Source: an uncultured virus (IMG/VR IMGVR_UViG_3300027689_000306)
Lineage: Duplodnaviria > Heunggongvirae > Uroviricota > Caudoviricetes > Crassvirales
Direction: 5' to 3' (one strand)
IMG/VR virus record: IMGVR_UViG_3300027689_000306
DNA length: 64,000 nt
Within the stretch, counting starts at the first letter, position 1. Every line of letters begins with the position of its first letter. The translations under genes and the position numbers were made by a program. Below, piece after piece: positions 19,755 through 28,871 of the stretch. The notes under the pieces were generated by a model that worked only from the letters and a program-made list of their open reading frames with translations, had not been told where the DNA came from and made no database searches.

Positions 19755-20228
19755 ATGAAAGCTATTAAGAAAGCAGTTAATGGTACTACCACCAAAAAAA
19801 CTACTATAAGACCAGGTGCTACAAAAGATAGTACAGTATATTTTAGAAATGAAGTTAAAGATATAAATGAAAAAATAAAAAAAGTAATACCAAATCTTCC
19901 AAAATTTATTTCTAACGATAAGAGTGATAATAAAAAAAGTCAAGAGATGAGAAATTTAGTTTCTGAAAAAAACAAAGCAATTTCCAATCAACTTAGACAG
20001 TCTAATAAAGGCAAGATTGGTTATGATGCTAATGGATTTCCTAAAAAGAAAGCTGGTGGTTCTATAAAAGCTAAAGATGGTAAATGGATGCAGAAAGTCT
20101 CTGCTTCTATTAAACGTAGAGGTACTGCTGGTAAATGTACACCAATCACTAAACCTGGTTGTACTGGTAGAGCTAAAGCTCTTGCTAAAACATTCAAGAA
20201 GATTGCTAAATCTAATAAAAAGAAATAA
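19755..20228 (+). CDS. Lys-rich protein with KxGG motif
   Basis: KKAGG, AKDGKW...CTP...C...LAKTFKK. Confidence 0.7.
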   Translation: MKAIKKAVNGTTTKKTTIRPGATKDSTVYFRNEVKDINEKIKKVIPNLPKFISNDKSDNKKSQEMRNLVSEKNKAISNQLRQSNKGKIGYDANGFPKKKAGGSIKAKDGKWMQKVSASIKRRGTAGKCTPITKPGCTGRAKALAKTFKKIAKSNKKK

Positions 20229-20746
20229 TGTCTAAGTTAAATCCCCAAAAAGCATCAGCCTATGTAGGCCCTGGTGTACTACGTAAAGGTGGTAAGATAA
20301 CACCTGTTCCTGATGGTCATCTTATTAAGAAGACTGGTAAATTTAAAGGAAGTACATTGAAATCTGGTGGTGCTATTAAAAAAGCTAAATCTGGAGCTTC
20401 AACAACAACAACAAAGACTACTAATCCTATAGGAGTAAAATTCTTTAAAGAAGGAAAAAATTATAAAGCTCAAGTTACTAAAAAGGTAGGTGAGAAAAAT
20501 GCAACGTATGAAGCTCTTTCTCCTAACATGGACGTTGCTAAAGAATTAGCAAATAAAAAAGCTTTGACTAATCCAGCTGATTCTTTAAGAACAAGAAAGA
20601 ATGGTGGTATGTTAAAGCGTGCTGATGGTTCATATTCTAAACGTGGATTATGGGATAATATCAGAGCTAACAAAGGAAGTGGAAAGAAGCCTACTAAACA
20701 GATGTTAGTACAAGAGAAAAAGATTAACGCTAAATCTAAGAAATAA
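20228..20746 (+). CDS. Lys-rich protein with KxGG repeats
   Basis: LRKGG, LKSGG, RKNGG, GLWDNIRA. Confidence 0.7.
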   Translation: MSKLNPQKASAYVGPGVLRKGGKITPVPDGHLIKKTGKFKGSTLKSGGAIKKAKSGASTTTTKTTNPIGVKFFKEGKNYKAQVTKKVGEKNATYEALSPNMDVAKELANKKALTNPADSLRTRKNGGMLKRADGSYSKRGLWDNIRANKGSGKKPTKQMLVQEKKINAKSKK

Positions 20747-21024
20747 TGGCAAGTGCAGCATGGCAAAGAAAAGAAGGAAAGAATCCTTCTGGAGGACTAA
20801 ATGCTAAAGGTGTGGCATCTTATAGAGCTGCTAACCCTGGTAGCAAACTTAAAACAGCTGTAACCACTAAACCTTCTAAACTTAAACCTGGAAGTAAAGC
20901 TGCTGGTAGACGTAAGTCTTTCTGCAGTAGAATGTCAGGTATGAAGAAGAAACTTACTAGTGCTAAGACAGCTAAAGACCCTAACTCAAGAATCAATAAG
21001 TCTCTACGTAAGTGGAATTGTTAA
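20746..21024 (+). CDS. Basic phage protein (DUF6321-like)
   Basis: AWQRKEGKNPSGGLNAKG...RRKSFCSRM...SRINKSLRKWNC. Confidence 0.75.
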   Translation: MASAAWQRKEGKNPSGGLNAKGVASYRAANPGSKLKTAVTTKPSKLKPGSKAAGRRKSFCSRMSGMKKKLTSAKTAKDPNSRINKSLRKWNC

Positions 21025-21043
21025 ACAATTAAAATAATATATA

Positions 21044-21532
21044 ATGGCAACAATGAAAAAAATGGTAGCTAAAAAAGCTCAATCTGGATTAGGAATGAAA
21101 TCTGTTAAATCTGGATATGATAATAACTCAGGTGTAACAAGAGCTGATTTTGTTGCAATAGGTAAAGGTACAGCTAAGTCTGGAACTAAGATGAAAAAAG
21201 CAATGAGTGGATATGGTGGTAAAGCTGCTTCTATGGTTCCTATGAAAATGGGTGGTGCTATTAAAAAAGCACAAGATGGTGGAGATATACCAGGATTAGC
21301 TGAAAGAGCAGGACCTATGGTAAAAACAAAAACAAAAGTACGTTCTCCAGATGGTAATTATGTTACAAAAAAAGTGACTACAAACAAACCTAATTCAAAG
21401 AATTCTACTACTAAAACTCGTAGAACATTACAAGGATTTATAACTGGTGCTCCTAGAGTAAATGATTTAAAGAATGGTGGTAAAATGAAGTCTGGTGGAT
21501 CTATGAAAAAATGCAAGTATGGCTGCAAGTAA
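21044..21532 (+). CDS. Lys/Met-rich protein with KxGG repeats
   Basis: MKMGG, AQDGG, LKNGG, MKSGG. Confidence 0.7.
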   Translation: MATMKKMVAKKAQSGLGMKSVKSGYDNNSGVTRADFVAIGKGTAKSGTKMKKAMSGYGGKAASMVPMKMGGAIKKAQDGGDIPGLAERAGPMVKTKTKVRSPDGNYVTKKVTTNKPNSKNSTTKTRRTLQGFITGAPRVNDLKNGGKMKSGGSMKKCKYGCK

Positions 21533-21686
21533 ATCTATGACTTCTGGTAAAGCTAAGAAGAGTGGTAAGCCTAGAATGGCTCCTAAGGTGAAACCACCTA
21601 ACCCAATCAATGGGAATTATATGAAGGAAGCTGGTGATGAAGGTACAAAGAGACCTTTATTTAAAAAGAAAAGAATATCAAAATAA
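21519..21686 (+). CDS. Small basic protein, absent from ORF track
   Basis: 55 aa, MAASKSMTSGKAKKSGKPRMAPK...; fills the gap up to the terminator. Confidence 0.6.
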   Translation: MAASKSMTSGKAKKSGKPRMAPKVKPPNPINGNYMKEAGDEGTKRPLFKKKRISK

Positions 21687-21687
21687 T

Positions 21688-21711
21688 AAAGCCTCCTTGA
21701 TTGGAGGCTTT
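21688..21711. terminator. Bidirectional terminator at the strand switch
   Basis: AAAGCCTCC-TTGATT-GGAGGCTTT followed by a T-tract. Confidence 0.85.
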
Positions 21712-21713
21712 TT

Positions 21714-22364
21714 TTATAATGTGTATTGATTTGAATATACATTACCTTCAAATAACTTATACCTTATACCAAACTTATGTAATAAGTATGGGAGGCTAAG
21801 TTGGTCTTGAACAGACCATATACAATTGTGGTAAAACCATTCCTTCATTACATTGTGTTCTTTATTAGCTACAATGTCTTTAGAATATATGAATGTGCCA
21901 CATTCAAAGAGAACATTATCTATCCAAGATGCATCTTTAAAATACTCATCCACTTGCTCTTTCATTCTTTCTCCGTTATATCTATCTAGAAGATATTGAT
22001 TACCTGTATTCATTAAACTGATTACAAAATCTAATTCTTGTTTAACAGAACTTCTTCCTGAATGTGCAAAGAAACAAGCATCTACACCAATACATGCATC
22101 TACCATTCTCTCTATAGATGATTCATCTGATATTGAAAATCCAGAATCCATCCATATATAATAATCATACCCAGGATGATCTTCCCAAACTACTATCTTA
22201 GGTATTTTACCACGTAGTCTAGGTGACATAGCTTTTGTTCTTGGAGATTCTGTTTTATTATCTATTCTATTAAATACTATCTCATATCTATCAGACACTT
22301 GATCTACCCATTTAGAACGTAATTCTCCACCAAATAAAGCTGTACTAACTAATACTCTAATCAT
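21714..22364 (-). CDS. DUF616/TOD1-MUCI70-like glycosyltransferase
   Basis: YIWMDS, H.GR.SV..E and QDQLSLPY motifs. Confidence 0.7.
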   Translation of the reverse strand: MIRVLVSTALFGGELRSKWVDQVSDRYEIVFNRIDNKTESPRTKAMSPRLRGKIPKIVVWEDHPGYDYYIWMDSGFSISDESSIERMVDACIGVDACFFAHSGRSSVKQELDFVISLMNTGNQYLLDRYNGERMKEQVDEYFKDASWIDNVLFECGTFIYSKDIVANKEHNVMKEWFYHNCIWSVQDQLSLPYLLHKFGIRYKLFEGNVYSNQYTL

Positions 22365-22372
22365 AATAATTA

Positions 22373-22933
22373 TTATTTAAGTCCCATATACCAACCATAT
22401 GGACCAATGTTTTGTATTTTAAAACCATGTTGATTAAGTAGGAACATAGATGCATCTGTTAAAGACTTCCAATTTGGATTCATCCAATCGTGAAAGCTCA
22501 CAATTATCTGATCGATTTTTGAGAAGTCTTCACTGTCCATTGAATGTAATAATGGAAACTCTGCACCCTCTATATTCATTTTCAATATAGAGATGTCTGT
22601 GATGTTATATTTAGTACAGAAACTTTTCCAACTAATGGAAGGAATCCATTCTCCAGAATCAGAACTATCACTTGATATATGTGATGCATCTTTTTGGTAT
22701 GTCATTTTGATTAAACCATCAAAACTACCAACCACTCCTTTGAACAACTCAGCACCATTTGGAACTTCATTCTCAAATGGATCAGCTCCAATCACTGTTT
22801 TCTTTCCAATGAATATCTCTGACCAGTTCCAATGAACACAGCCTAAATCTATTATACAACCATCATGAGCAAATGCTCTATCGTCAACTCTGGAATAGTT
22901 TTCTCCAGAAATAGTTTGAATTAAATTTCCCAT
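22373..22933 (-). CDS. FkbM-family SAM methyltransferase
   Basis: IIDLGC, ILKMNIEGAE, QIIVSFH. Confidence 0.8.
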   Translation of the reverse strand: MGNLIQTISGENYSRVDDRAFAHDGCIIDLGCVHWNWSEIFIGKKTVIGADPFENEVPNGAELFKGVVGSFDGLIKMTYQKDASHISSDSSDSGEWIPSISWKSFCTKYNITDISILKMNIEGAEFPLLHSMDSEDFSKIDQIIVSFHDWMNPNWKSLTDASMFLLNQHGFKIQNIGPYGWYMGLK

Positions 22934-23682
22934 TATTTGTTTATATAATCTTTTAGCATTTGTTTATAATCTTTATTCCAATGAGGATTTAAATGAACCT
23001 CTCCTGTAGGAATTAATCCTTTTTGTCTTAGATCTTCTATATGATCACTGTGTCTCTGTATGATGTTAGGTCTATCTGCAGTGTCTGTACCTTGTCCAGA
23101 TTGATGATAACCTCTACCACCCCACATGTAGAACCAAGAACATTCTTCATTAGGAGGACTAGCTAAAACCATTCCTTGTCTTCCTAGATTCTGTAGAGCT
23201 ATAACTAATGTCATATCTCCACCAGCATTCTGTATTGGACTTTTTCCAATTGCTTCCCAAGCTTTCTTGCTATATACAATACCTGAGTTACCAAGACCCA
23301 TTATCTTTGTAATATTAGGCTCATTATAGAACACACCATTTTCCCAATGTAATATGTTAGCATCTGGTCTCCAAAACTTAGCTATGTTAGAGAGATGATT
23401 AGACAAAGCTACATCATCATCATCCCATACAGCAATAAGTTCTCCAGAACATAGTTCTATAGCATAGTTCTCTTTATCTCCTATGGTAGGAAATGTTTCA
23501 TCTAGATTAAAGATTTTTATCTCTGGATGATCGTACACTAACTTCTGTAGAGGGTAGTCATTAACTATAATAAGTTCTTTCTTACCAGGATACTCCTGAA
23601 TGAGGAAGCTTTGTATTGCTTCCTCAAGAGTATCTACTCTTCCATAAGTTATACATTTACAACTAATAAAAGGATATTCCAT
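22933..23682 (-). CDS. GT2-family glycosyltransferase
   Basis: ISCKCITYGR, ELIIVND, VWDDDD. Confidence 0.85.
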   Translation of the reverse strand: MEYPFISCKCITYGRVDTLEEAIQSFLIQEYPGKKELIIVNDYPLQKLVYDHPEIKIFNLDETFPTIGDKENYAIELCSGELIAVWDDDDVALSNHLSNIAKFWRPDANILHWENGVFYNEPNITKIMGLGNSGIVYSKKAWEAIGKSPIQNAGGDMTLVIALQNLGRQGMVLASPPNEECSWFYMWGGRGYHQSGQGTDTADRPNIIQRHSDHIEDLRQKGLIPTGEVHLNPHWNKDYKQMLKDYINK

Positions 23683-23683
23683 A

Positions 23684-23965
23684 TTACCAAATCATTATAA
23701 CATCAAATGGAGATACAAGTAATACTTGCTCATCATCTGATAGAGGAACTATTGGAGCCTTTGATAAAGCTGCTGGATCTACAAGAACATAATCACCTAC
23801 AACTACTTCCATGTTAGCTGTACCAATACTATGAACTCTAAGTTTGCCCATCTTCTTAATCATTTCTTTTTCTAAAGCTTCTTTTGTATTCTCATCTACA
23901 ATAAGTTTGCTTTCTTCTTTCTTTGGTATCTCTAAATAGATACGATTTCCTAATAATTGTGCCAT
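23684..23965 (-). CDS. GroES-like co-chaperonin
   Basis: LLGNRIYL...SIG...VVVGDYVL; 93 aa. Confidence 0.6.
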   Translation of the reverse strand: MAQLLGNRIYLEIPKKEESKLIVDENTKEALEKEMIKKMGKLRVHSIGTANMEVVVGDYVLVDPAALSKAPIVPLSDDEQVLLVSPFDVIMIW

Positions 23966-24240
23966 TATTTAATTTCAAATAGGTTAATAAATCTTTTTGT
24001 GTCTTCTGCATTCAATGTAATTTCTGATTGAACTGTCTCTCTAACTTTTTTGAATCCTTTCATCTTGTTAGTCTTAAGATCAATATCTGGTTGTTCTGTA
24101 ACACGCTCATTGAAATCATCTAGGATAACAATAAGACCTGCTTCATCATTCTCTAAGGTTCTAATCACCTTGTTAACATTTAAAGAAGCTATATACTCCT
24201 TATTGCCAATAATGGCTGTGTAAAAAAATTGGTTTTTCAT
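23965..24240 (-). CDS. Hypothetical protein
   Basis: Coupled 91-aa ORF. Confidence 0.6.
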   Translation of the reverse strand: MKNQFFYTAIIGNKEYIASLNVNKVIRTLENDEAGLIVILDDFNERVTEQPDIDLKTNKMKGFKKVRETVQSEITLNAEDTKRFINLFEIK

Positions 24241-24248
24241 AGTTGTTT

Positions 24249-24896
24249 TTAATTATATTCGTTATCTAATATTTTACCTACAAGATCACTTCTGTGATTA
24301 GCTTTAAGTTTGATCCATTCTATACCTTCTATCTTCTTAGATATGTCTATAGCATATGATAGACCAGTGTATGATTCCTTGATATCTTTTTGTTCATTAT
24401 CACCGTTAATGATAATCTTTCCACTTTTACCAAGTCTGGTTAGTATAGCGAGCATTTCCCCTTTTGACAGGTTCTGTGCTTCTTCCACCACCAACACATC
24501 ATCAATAGTCTTACCACGTATAAACTGCACAGGATAAGCGACCACTTTTTTATTCTTAACCAGTTCCTGAATCTTAAGTTTATCATAGCATTTCTCTAAG
24601 TTTTCTTGAAAGGCCTCAAGGTATGGATTAAACTTGTCTTCTAAATCACCAGGTAAGAATCCTAATGAACTTCCCACTTCGATTGTAGCTCTTGTAACAT
24701 AAATGTGATTACATTGTTTCTTCATTAAGAAATCTAAAGCTGCTTGGGCACACACTAAAGACTTACCACTTCCTGCTCTACCAGTAACAATAACTATTTG
24801 GTTATCTATTATTAACTGTTTAGCGAGCTTCTGTTCTTCATTAAGTGTAACAGCATATTTGATATCACTCTTACGTTCCCTGTTAGGTTCTTTCAT
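24249..24896 (-). CDS. phoH: PhoH-like ATPase
   Basis: GRAGSGKS, LGFLPGDL, FIRGKT, EEAQN, LTRLG, GD.EQ.D. Confidence 0.95.
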   Translation of the reverse strand: MKEPNRERKSDIKYAVTLNEEQKLAKQLIIDNQIVIVTGRAGSGKSLVCAQAALDFLMKKQCNHIYVTRATIEVGSSLGFLPGDLEDKFNPYLEAFQENLEKCYDKLKIQELVKNKKVVAYPVQFIRGKTIDDVLVVEEAQNLSKGEMLAILTRLGKSGKIIINGDNEQKDIKESYTGLSYAIDISKKIEGIEWIKLKANHRSDLVGKILDNEYN

Positions 24897-25281
24897 ATTT
24901 AAGGTTTAATTGATTACGTCTTCTATTAACCTCCTCATATCTATACATATCGTTTTCTACGTTAGAATGCTCCTCAAGTGTCAAAAGTATAATATTTTCT
25001 TCATCTAAACAAGCTTCTGGGTATTTTTCTTTTGGTAAAATATGATGGAAGTATGTAGACATAGGTTCTTTCCCTAAATATTGCCCACTAATTTCACTAT
25101 AATGTGCCCTTTTCTTCCATATATCCAGAAACATCTCTCTTTGTTGGATATATCCATCACTAACCACCTTTTTGGCAGTTAATGATGGTTTTATCTCACA
25201 TTGTTGTAATGATTTTCTAGGTTTATGCTGAAAGCAATAGTCGCTATCAGAGTTCTTTCCACATGTCTTACATTTCATCAT
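24883..25281 (-). CDS. HNH-like nuclease with N-terminal Cys motif
   Basis: CKTCG...CFQH; FHHILPK..YPE...NIILLT..EH. Confidence 0.6.
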   Translation of the reverse strand: MMKCKTCGKNSDSDYCFQHKPRKSLQQCEIKPSLTAKKVVSDGYIQQREMFLDIWKKRAHYSEISGQYLGKEPMSTYFHHILPKEKYPEACLDEENIILLTLEEHSNVENDMYRYEEVNRRRNQLNLKYERT

Positions 25282-25474
25282 CCTCTGTATTAGACTTAGT
25301 TACCTTTGGATCTGGTAACATTGCTTTAGGAAAGACTAATGGTTCTTTTATAACCTCTTTACAATGACAAAGTTTCACTGTAGCAGACATGTTAGAATTG
25401 TAGGGAGCAAACTTGTACCCCCCACATTTCTTACATATATCATTTATTGATGTAAACAATAGATTATCTAACAT
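25268..25474 (-). CDS. Small Zn-finger protein
   Basis: CKKCG...CHC. Confidence 0.5.
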   Translation of the reverse strand: MLDNLLFTSINDICKKCGGYKFAPYNSNMSATVKLCHCKEVIKEPLVFPKAMLPDPKVTKSNTEDDEM

Positions 25475-26553
25475 TACACCTCAGAATCAAATAAGTTAGC
25501 TGGTTCTGGAACTACAACAACATCTTCTTCCACTTCTATTTCTTCTATAGGAAGATCAGTTTCATTAATCTTAGCTATAATCTTTTCTCTTAGTTCATCA
25601 TAGAACTCTGGATTGTCTACAACCAACTGTTTGAATTCTTCTAAGTCATACTTAGTTCCATCAACAGTCATTGTTTTACCATACTTACGTCCTAACTCAA
25701 ACTCATTAAGAAGAGACATCATCTCATCAAGAACATCTATCCCTTTACCATACACAATCTCAAACTCTGATTTTCTATATGGAGGAGACATCTTATTCTT
25801 AATAGCTTTTAGCTTAGTAATGTTACCATAGTTTACATCACCATCTTTAGCTAAGGTTCTGCTCACCTCTATTCTTACATCACTGTAGAATTTAAGAGCA
25901 TGACCACCTTGTGTAGTAGTAGGATTACCAAACATAACACCAATCTTCTCACGATACTGACTGATTACAATAACACATACATTATTTTGTGATAGAGCAC
26001 CTTTTAATTTTGGATAAGCATTACTGTTCAATAAAGCTTTTCTACCGATTGTAGAGTCTCCTACATCACCATCAAGCATCTTCTTAGGTATAAGTGAACT
26101 ATCTGAATCTATGATAACAAGATCAATTTCTCCTGTTTGGATCATCTCCATAGCAATGTTGAAACCTTCCTCACCACATGATGGTTGAGCAATCAACATC
26201 TTAGTTGTGTCCACTCCTAGTTTCTTGAAGTAGTTCTTATCAACAGCATGCTCACCATCGATATACAATACAGTACCTCCAGCTTTCTGACACTCTGCAG
26301 CAGCATGACCACAGATTGTAGATTTACCTGTACCTTCCCATCCCATAAGCTCATATAGCTTACCTTTTACAAATCCTCCTACACCGAGTGTGATATGATC
26401 AAAACCAATACTACCTGTACTGATTACATCATAATCTCCTCCTGCTTTAGAATCTAGTGCTAGAATTGAACCAACACCATACTTCTTGTTTAAACTTTCC
26501 ATTGCTGCTAGACATTTGCTTTCAGCCTCTTTTACTACTTTTTTTGCTGCCAT
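25474..26553 (-). CDS. recA: RecA/UvsX recombinase
   Basis: ISTGS, GWEGTGKST, YIDGEHA, SQYREKIGVMFGNP.TT.GG.ALKFY, KNK. The annotated TTG at 26604 is the -33 promoter element, so MAAKK (26553) is taken as the start. Confidence 0.95.
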   Translation of the reverse strand: MAAKKVVKEAESKCLAAMESLNKKYGVGSILALDSKAGGDYDVISTGSIGFDHITLGVGGFVKGKLYELMGWEGTGKSTICGHAAAECQKAGGTVLYIDGEHAVDKNYFKKLGVDTTKMLIAQPSCGEEGFNIAMEMIQTGEIDLVIIDSDSSLIPKKMLDGDVGDSTIGRKALLNSNAYPKLKGALSQNNVCVIVISQYREKIGVMFGNPTTTQGGHALKFYSDVRIEVSRTLAKDGDVNYGNITKLKAIKNKMSPPYRKSEFEIVYGKGIDVLDEMMSLLNEFELGRKYGKTMTVDGTKYDLEEFKQLVVDNPEFYDELREKIIAKINETDLPIEEIEVEEDVVVVPEPANLFDSEV

Positions 26554-26573
26554 TTTATTGATTTTTAATTGTT

Positions 26574-26604
26574 TAAAGATAGTTATTTTTCTGCTTTTTT
26601 GCAA
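26574..26604 (-). promoter_or_regulatory. Bacteroidota-type promoter for recA
   Basis: TTG, 20-nt spacer, TATCTTTA. Confidence 0.55.
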
Positions 26605-26736
26605 GTGAAATGTCAGGTTTTTTCCATCATTTACCTGACTTTTTGTGGTAAGAAATTCTTACATACCACTTAGGAAAAAAAAGCCCCGAATTTCTTCAGG
26701 GCCTTCTCCACAATTAAAAAAACAGAACAGAACTCT

Positions 26737-26910
26737 TTATTCACTTGTTCTAAGTGATGTATTTCCTTTTTCACTTTTATCATAAGGACAATGTCTGCAT
26801 TGATTTCCACAGCAAGGACCTCTTTTCTCTAGATATTCTTTGGTGAAATGAATTCTCCCATCTTCTAGATAGTAATCTTTCCCTTCTATAAATTCTTTCT
26901 TATTATCCAT
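26737..26910 (-). CDS. DUF5522-like Cys-rich small protein, absent from ORF track
   Basis: 57 aa, MDNKKEFIEGKDYYLEDGRIHFTKEYLEKRGPCCGNQCRHCPY... Confidence 0.8.
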   Translation of the reverse strand: MDNKKEFIEGKDYYLEDGRIHFTKEYLEKRGPCCGNQCRHCPYDKSEKGNTSLRTSE

Positions 26911-27209
26911 TATTTATTCATTTTAGATTCGTATATATAATAGTTTATCACTATTGGTGTTTGCAGACGTTGATATAAGAATTGTTCATATGAAAAATCA
27001 CGTTCCATACTTTTTAATCTTTTATCACCACGTAACTCTTCTAATTGTTTATACGTATATACAGCATTTCCTTTTGGTCCATCAGTTTTATATCTCTTCA
27101 TTTTCATATTACTGATCTTGTTCCTTACAGATTTCTCAGACATACCTAACATGAAAGCCATTTCTGCAATGTTATAATATCTAACTTGCTCTATTCCCTT
27201 CATTACCAA
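26910..27209 (-). CDS. HTH DNA-binding protein
   Basis: YNIAEMAFMLGMSEKSVRN helix-turn-helix. Confidence 0.65.
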   Translation of the reverse strand: MVMKGIEQVRYYNIAEMAFMLGMSEKSVRNKISNMKMKRYKTDGPKGNAVYTYKQLEELRGDKRLKSMERDFSYEQFLYQRLQTPIVINYYIYESKMNK

Positions 27210-27426
27210 GTTGTTTTAAAAGTTCTCTCTCATCCTCTAATACATATCTATACTTAGCATCTTTATATTCTTCCAATATGATTGGATTCTGTATCTTTCT
27301 AAAGAAGTTATCACTCTTAGTTTCTACAGCTAGAATGATGTGAGCATCTGTATATCCACAAACGTATCCTTGATACTTTGGGTGCACTATTAGCATTTTC
27401 TTAAACTTGTTGAATACTGTTTCCAT
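27181..27426 (-). CDS. Hypothetical protein
   Basis: Overlapping operon ORF. Confidence 0.55.
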   Translation of the reverse strand: METVFNKFKKMLIVHPKYQGYVCGYTDAHIILAVETKSDNFFRKIQNPIILEEYKDAKYRYVLEDERELLKQLGNEGNRAS

Positions 27427-27736
27427 TTCTATCTAGGTTTAAACTTCTTAATCTGTGTTCTATCTCGTATTCCACTTTCAGAATAAAATTAATTTTCTCT
27501 TCAAGTTCTTGCTCTAGGATTCTTCCTGCAAATGGCATAATCTCTTGTAGATTTGTATACACCTTTGCTAATCCATGTTTTGTAGTGATTTCACTATATA
27601 GAAATCCAGGGATCCATGTAAGATCATTGAACACTTGATCTACATATGCTAACACAGATGGAAGTTCTATAAGCATTCCAGATTCACCATCTAAATATGC
27701 TTTATATTTCTCATTAAATTCTTTATTCGTTCTCAT
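27401..27736 (-). CDS. Hypothetical protein
   Basis: Overlapping operon ORF. Confidence 0.55.
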   Translation of the reverse strand: MRTNKEFNEKYKAYLDGESGMLIELPSVLAYVDQVFNDLTWIPGFLYSEITTKHGLAKVYTNLQEIMPFAGRILEQELEEKINFILKVEYEIEHRLRSLNLDRNGNSIQQV

Positions 27737-28112
27737 CAGTCTTTTCTTCAGGGGTTAATTGTTTCTCTAAGATTTCAAATGCAGCTTCTATAGCAAATAG
27801 CTCTGCTTCTTTTCTTGTTTTATAAAAAGATTGATCATCTGCTTCTTCTACAGCCCAAGTAAATCCAAAATTATCATGATATTTAATTACTATAATAACA
27901 TCATGCTTATCAAATACATCAAATAAGTTTCTTGGGTTTACATCAATTAGTATAGCCACCTTATCATTATCTATTCCTTGTTCAAGCATATATTGTTTGA
28001 ATCCTTCAGGTACTGTATCATCGTTAAATGATTCCAACATTTGGTTCATAAACCAATCCCTAACAACTTTTGCTGTTAAGGGATAATTTTCTAATAATTC
28101 TAATCCTTTCAT
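27723..28112 (-). CDS. Hypothetical protein
   Basis: Contains a YKTRKEAE..AIE.AF motif seen in phage small proteins. Confidence 0.6.
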   Translation of the reverse strand: MKGLELLENYPLTAKVVRDWFMNQMLESFNDDTVPEGFKQYMLEQGIDNDKVAILIDVNPRNLFDVFDKHDVIIVIKYHDNFGFTWAVEEADDQSFYKTRKEAELFAIEAAFEILEKQLTPEEKTDENE

Positions 28113-28113
28113 A

Positions 28114-28317
28114 TTAATCTATTGTTTCTTGTTCATGTAAAGTTAACGATGCTTCTATCCACCACACTCTTTCAAAATCATACTCACTTAGTGGATCAAG
28201 CTCTTTAGCTGCATTGTATTTGATGTCATACATCATTGCAACCATTTCACAGAATTCAGCAGCTTTATCTGCTCCATATTCTTCTATTATTAATTCTAAG
28301 ACTTCTCTGTTAGACAT
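28114..28317 (-). CDS. Hypothetical protein
   Basis: Operon ORF. Confidence 0.5.
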   Translation of the reverse strand: MSNREVLELIIEEYGADKAAEFCEMVAMMYDIKYNAAKELDPLSEYDFERVWWIEASLTLHEQETID

Positions 28318-28871
28318 AACTCTTTTATTTTATCAATTTCTAAAACTTCCTTTGATTCATCGAATCCATCCCACACTTCATAATCATCTCCCATCACCTC
28401 TTTTAAATTTATTCCAAGCTTATCTTCCCAAAACTCTATGAGATCTTCAGTCTTCTTGAACACTCTAGTCTGCAAACTCATTTCATCTTTGTCCAATCCA
28501 TCTCTCACTATTTTAACAGACTTAGGAAATTCATTCTGAAATGCTTTTGATGTCTTGGAATATTTACCTTGTTTAACAAGTTCATAATCTTTTTTGTATT
28601 TCTTATCAAGCTGATACACAACAACAACAAATCCATCTTCATAATCATAATCCTCTATAATAGCTTTTGTTCGTTCATACTCGTGATCAAGAAACTCTCT
28701 GAACTTATCTAGGTTTTCAGGTTTGAAAAGAATGTACACAGCATCTTCATACTGTGTTTCATTCTTATCATCCTTTACATAACCATTAATAAATCCATTG
28801 TTCTTTAAAGAGTCTTTTGGAAACCTCAATGTGGGCACCATAAATATGCTAGTTATTGTCTTTTTTACCAT
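28296..28871 (-). CDS. Conserved-looking hypothetical protein (GKYSK motif)
   Basis: 191 aa, coupled to the exonuclease gene. Confidence 0.6.
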   Translation of the reverse strand: MVKKTITSIFMVPTLRFPKDSLKNNGFINGYVKDDKNETQYEDAVYILFKPENLDKFREFLDHEYERTKAIIEDYDYEDGFVVVVYQLDKKYKKDYELVKQGKYSKTSKAFQNEFPKSVKIVRDGLDKDEMSLQTRVFKKTEDLIEFWEDKLGINLKEVMGDDYEVWDGFDESKEVLEIDKIKELCLTEKS

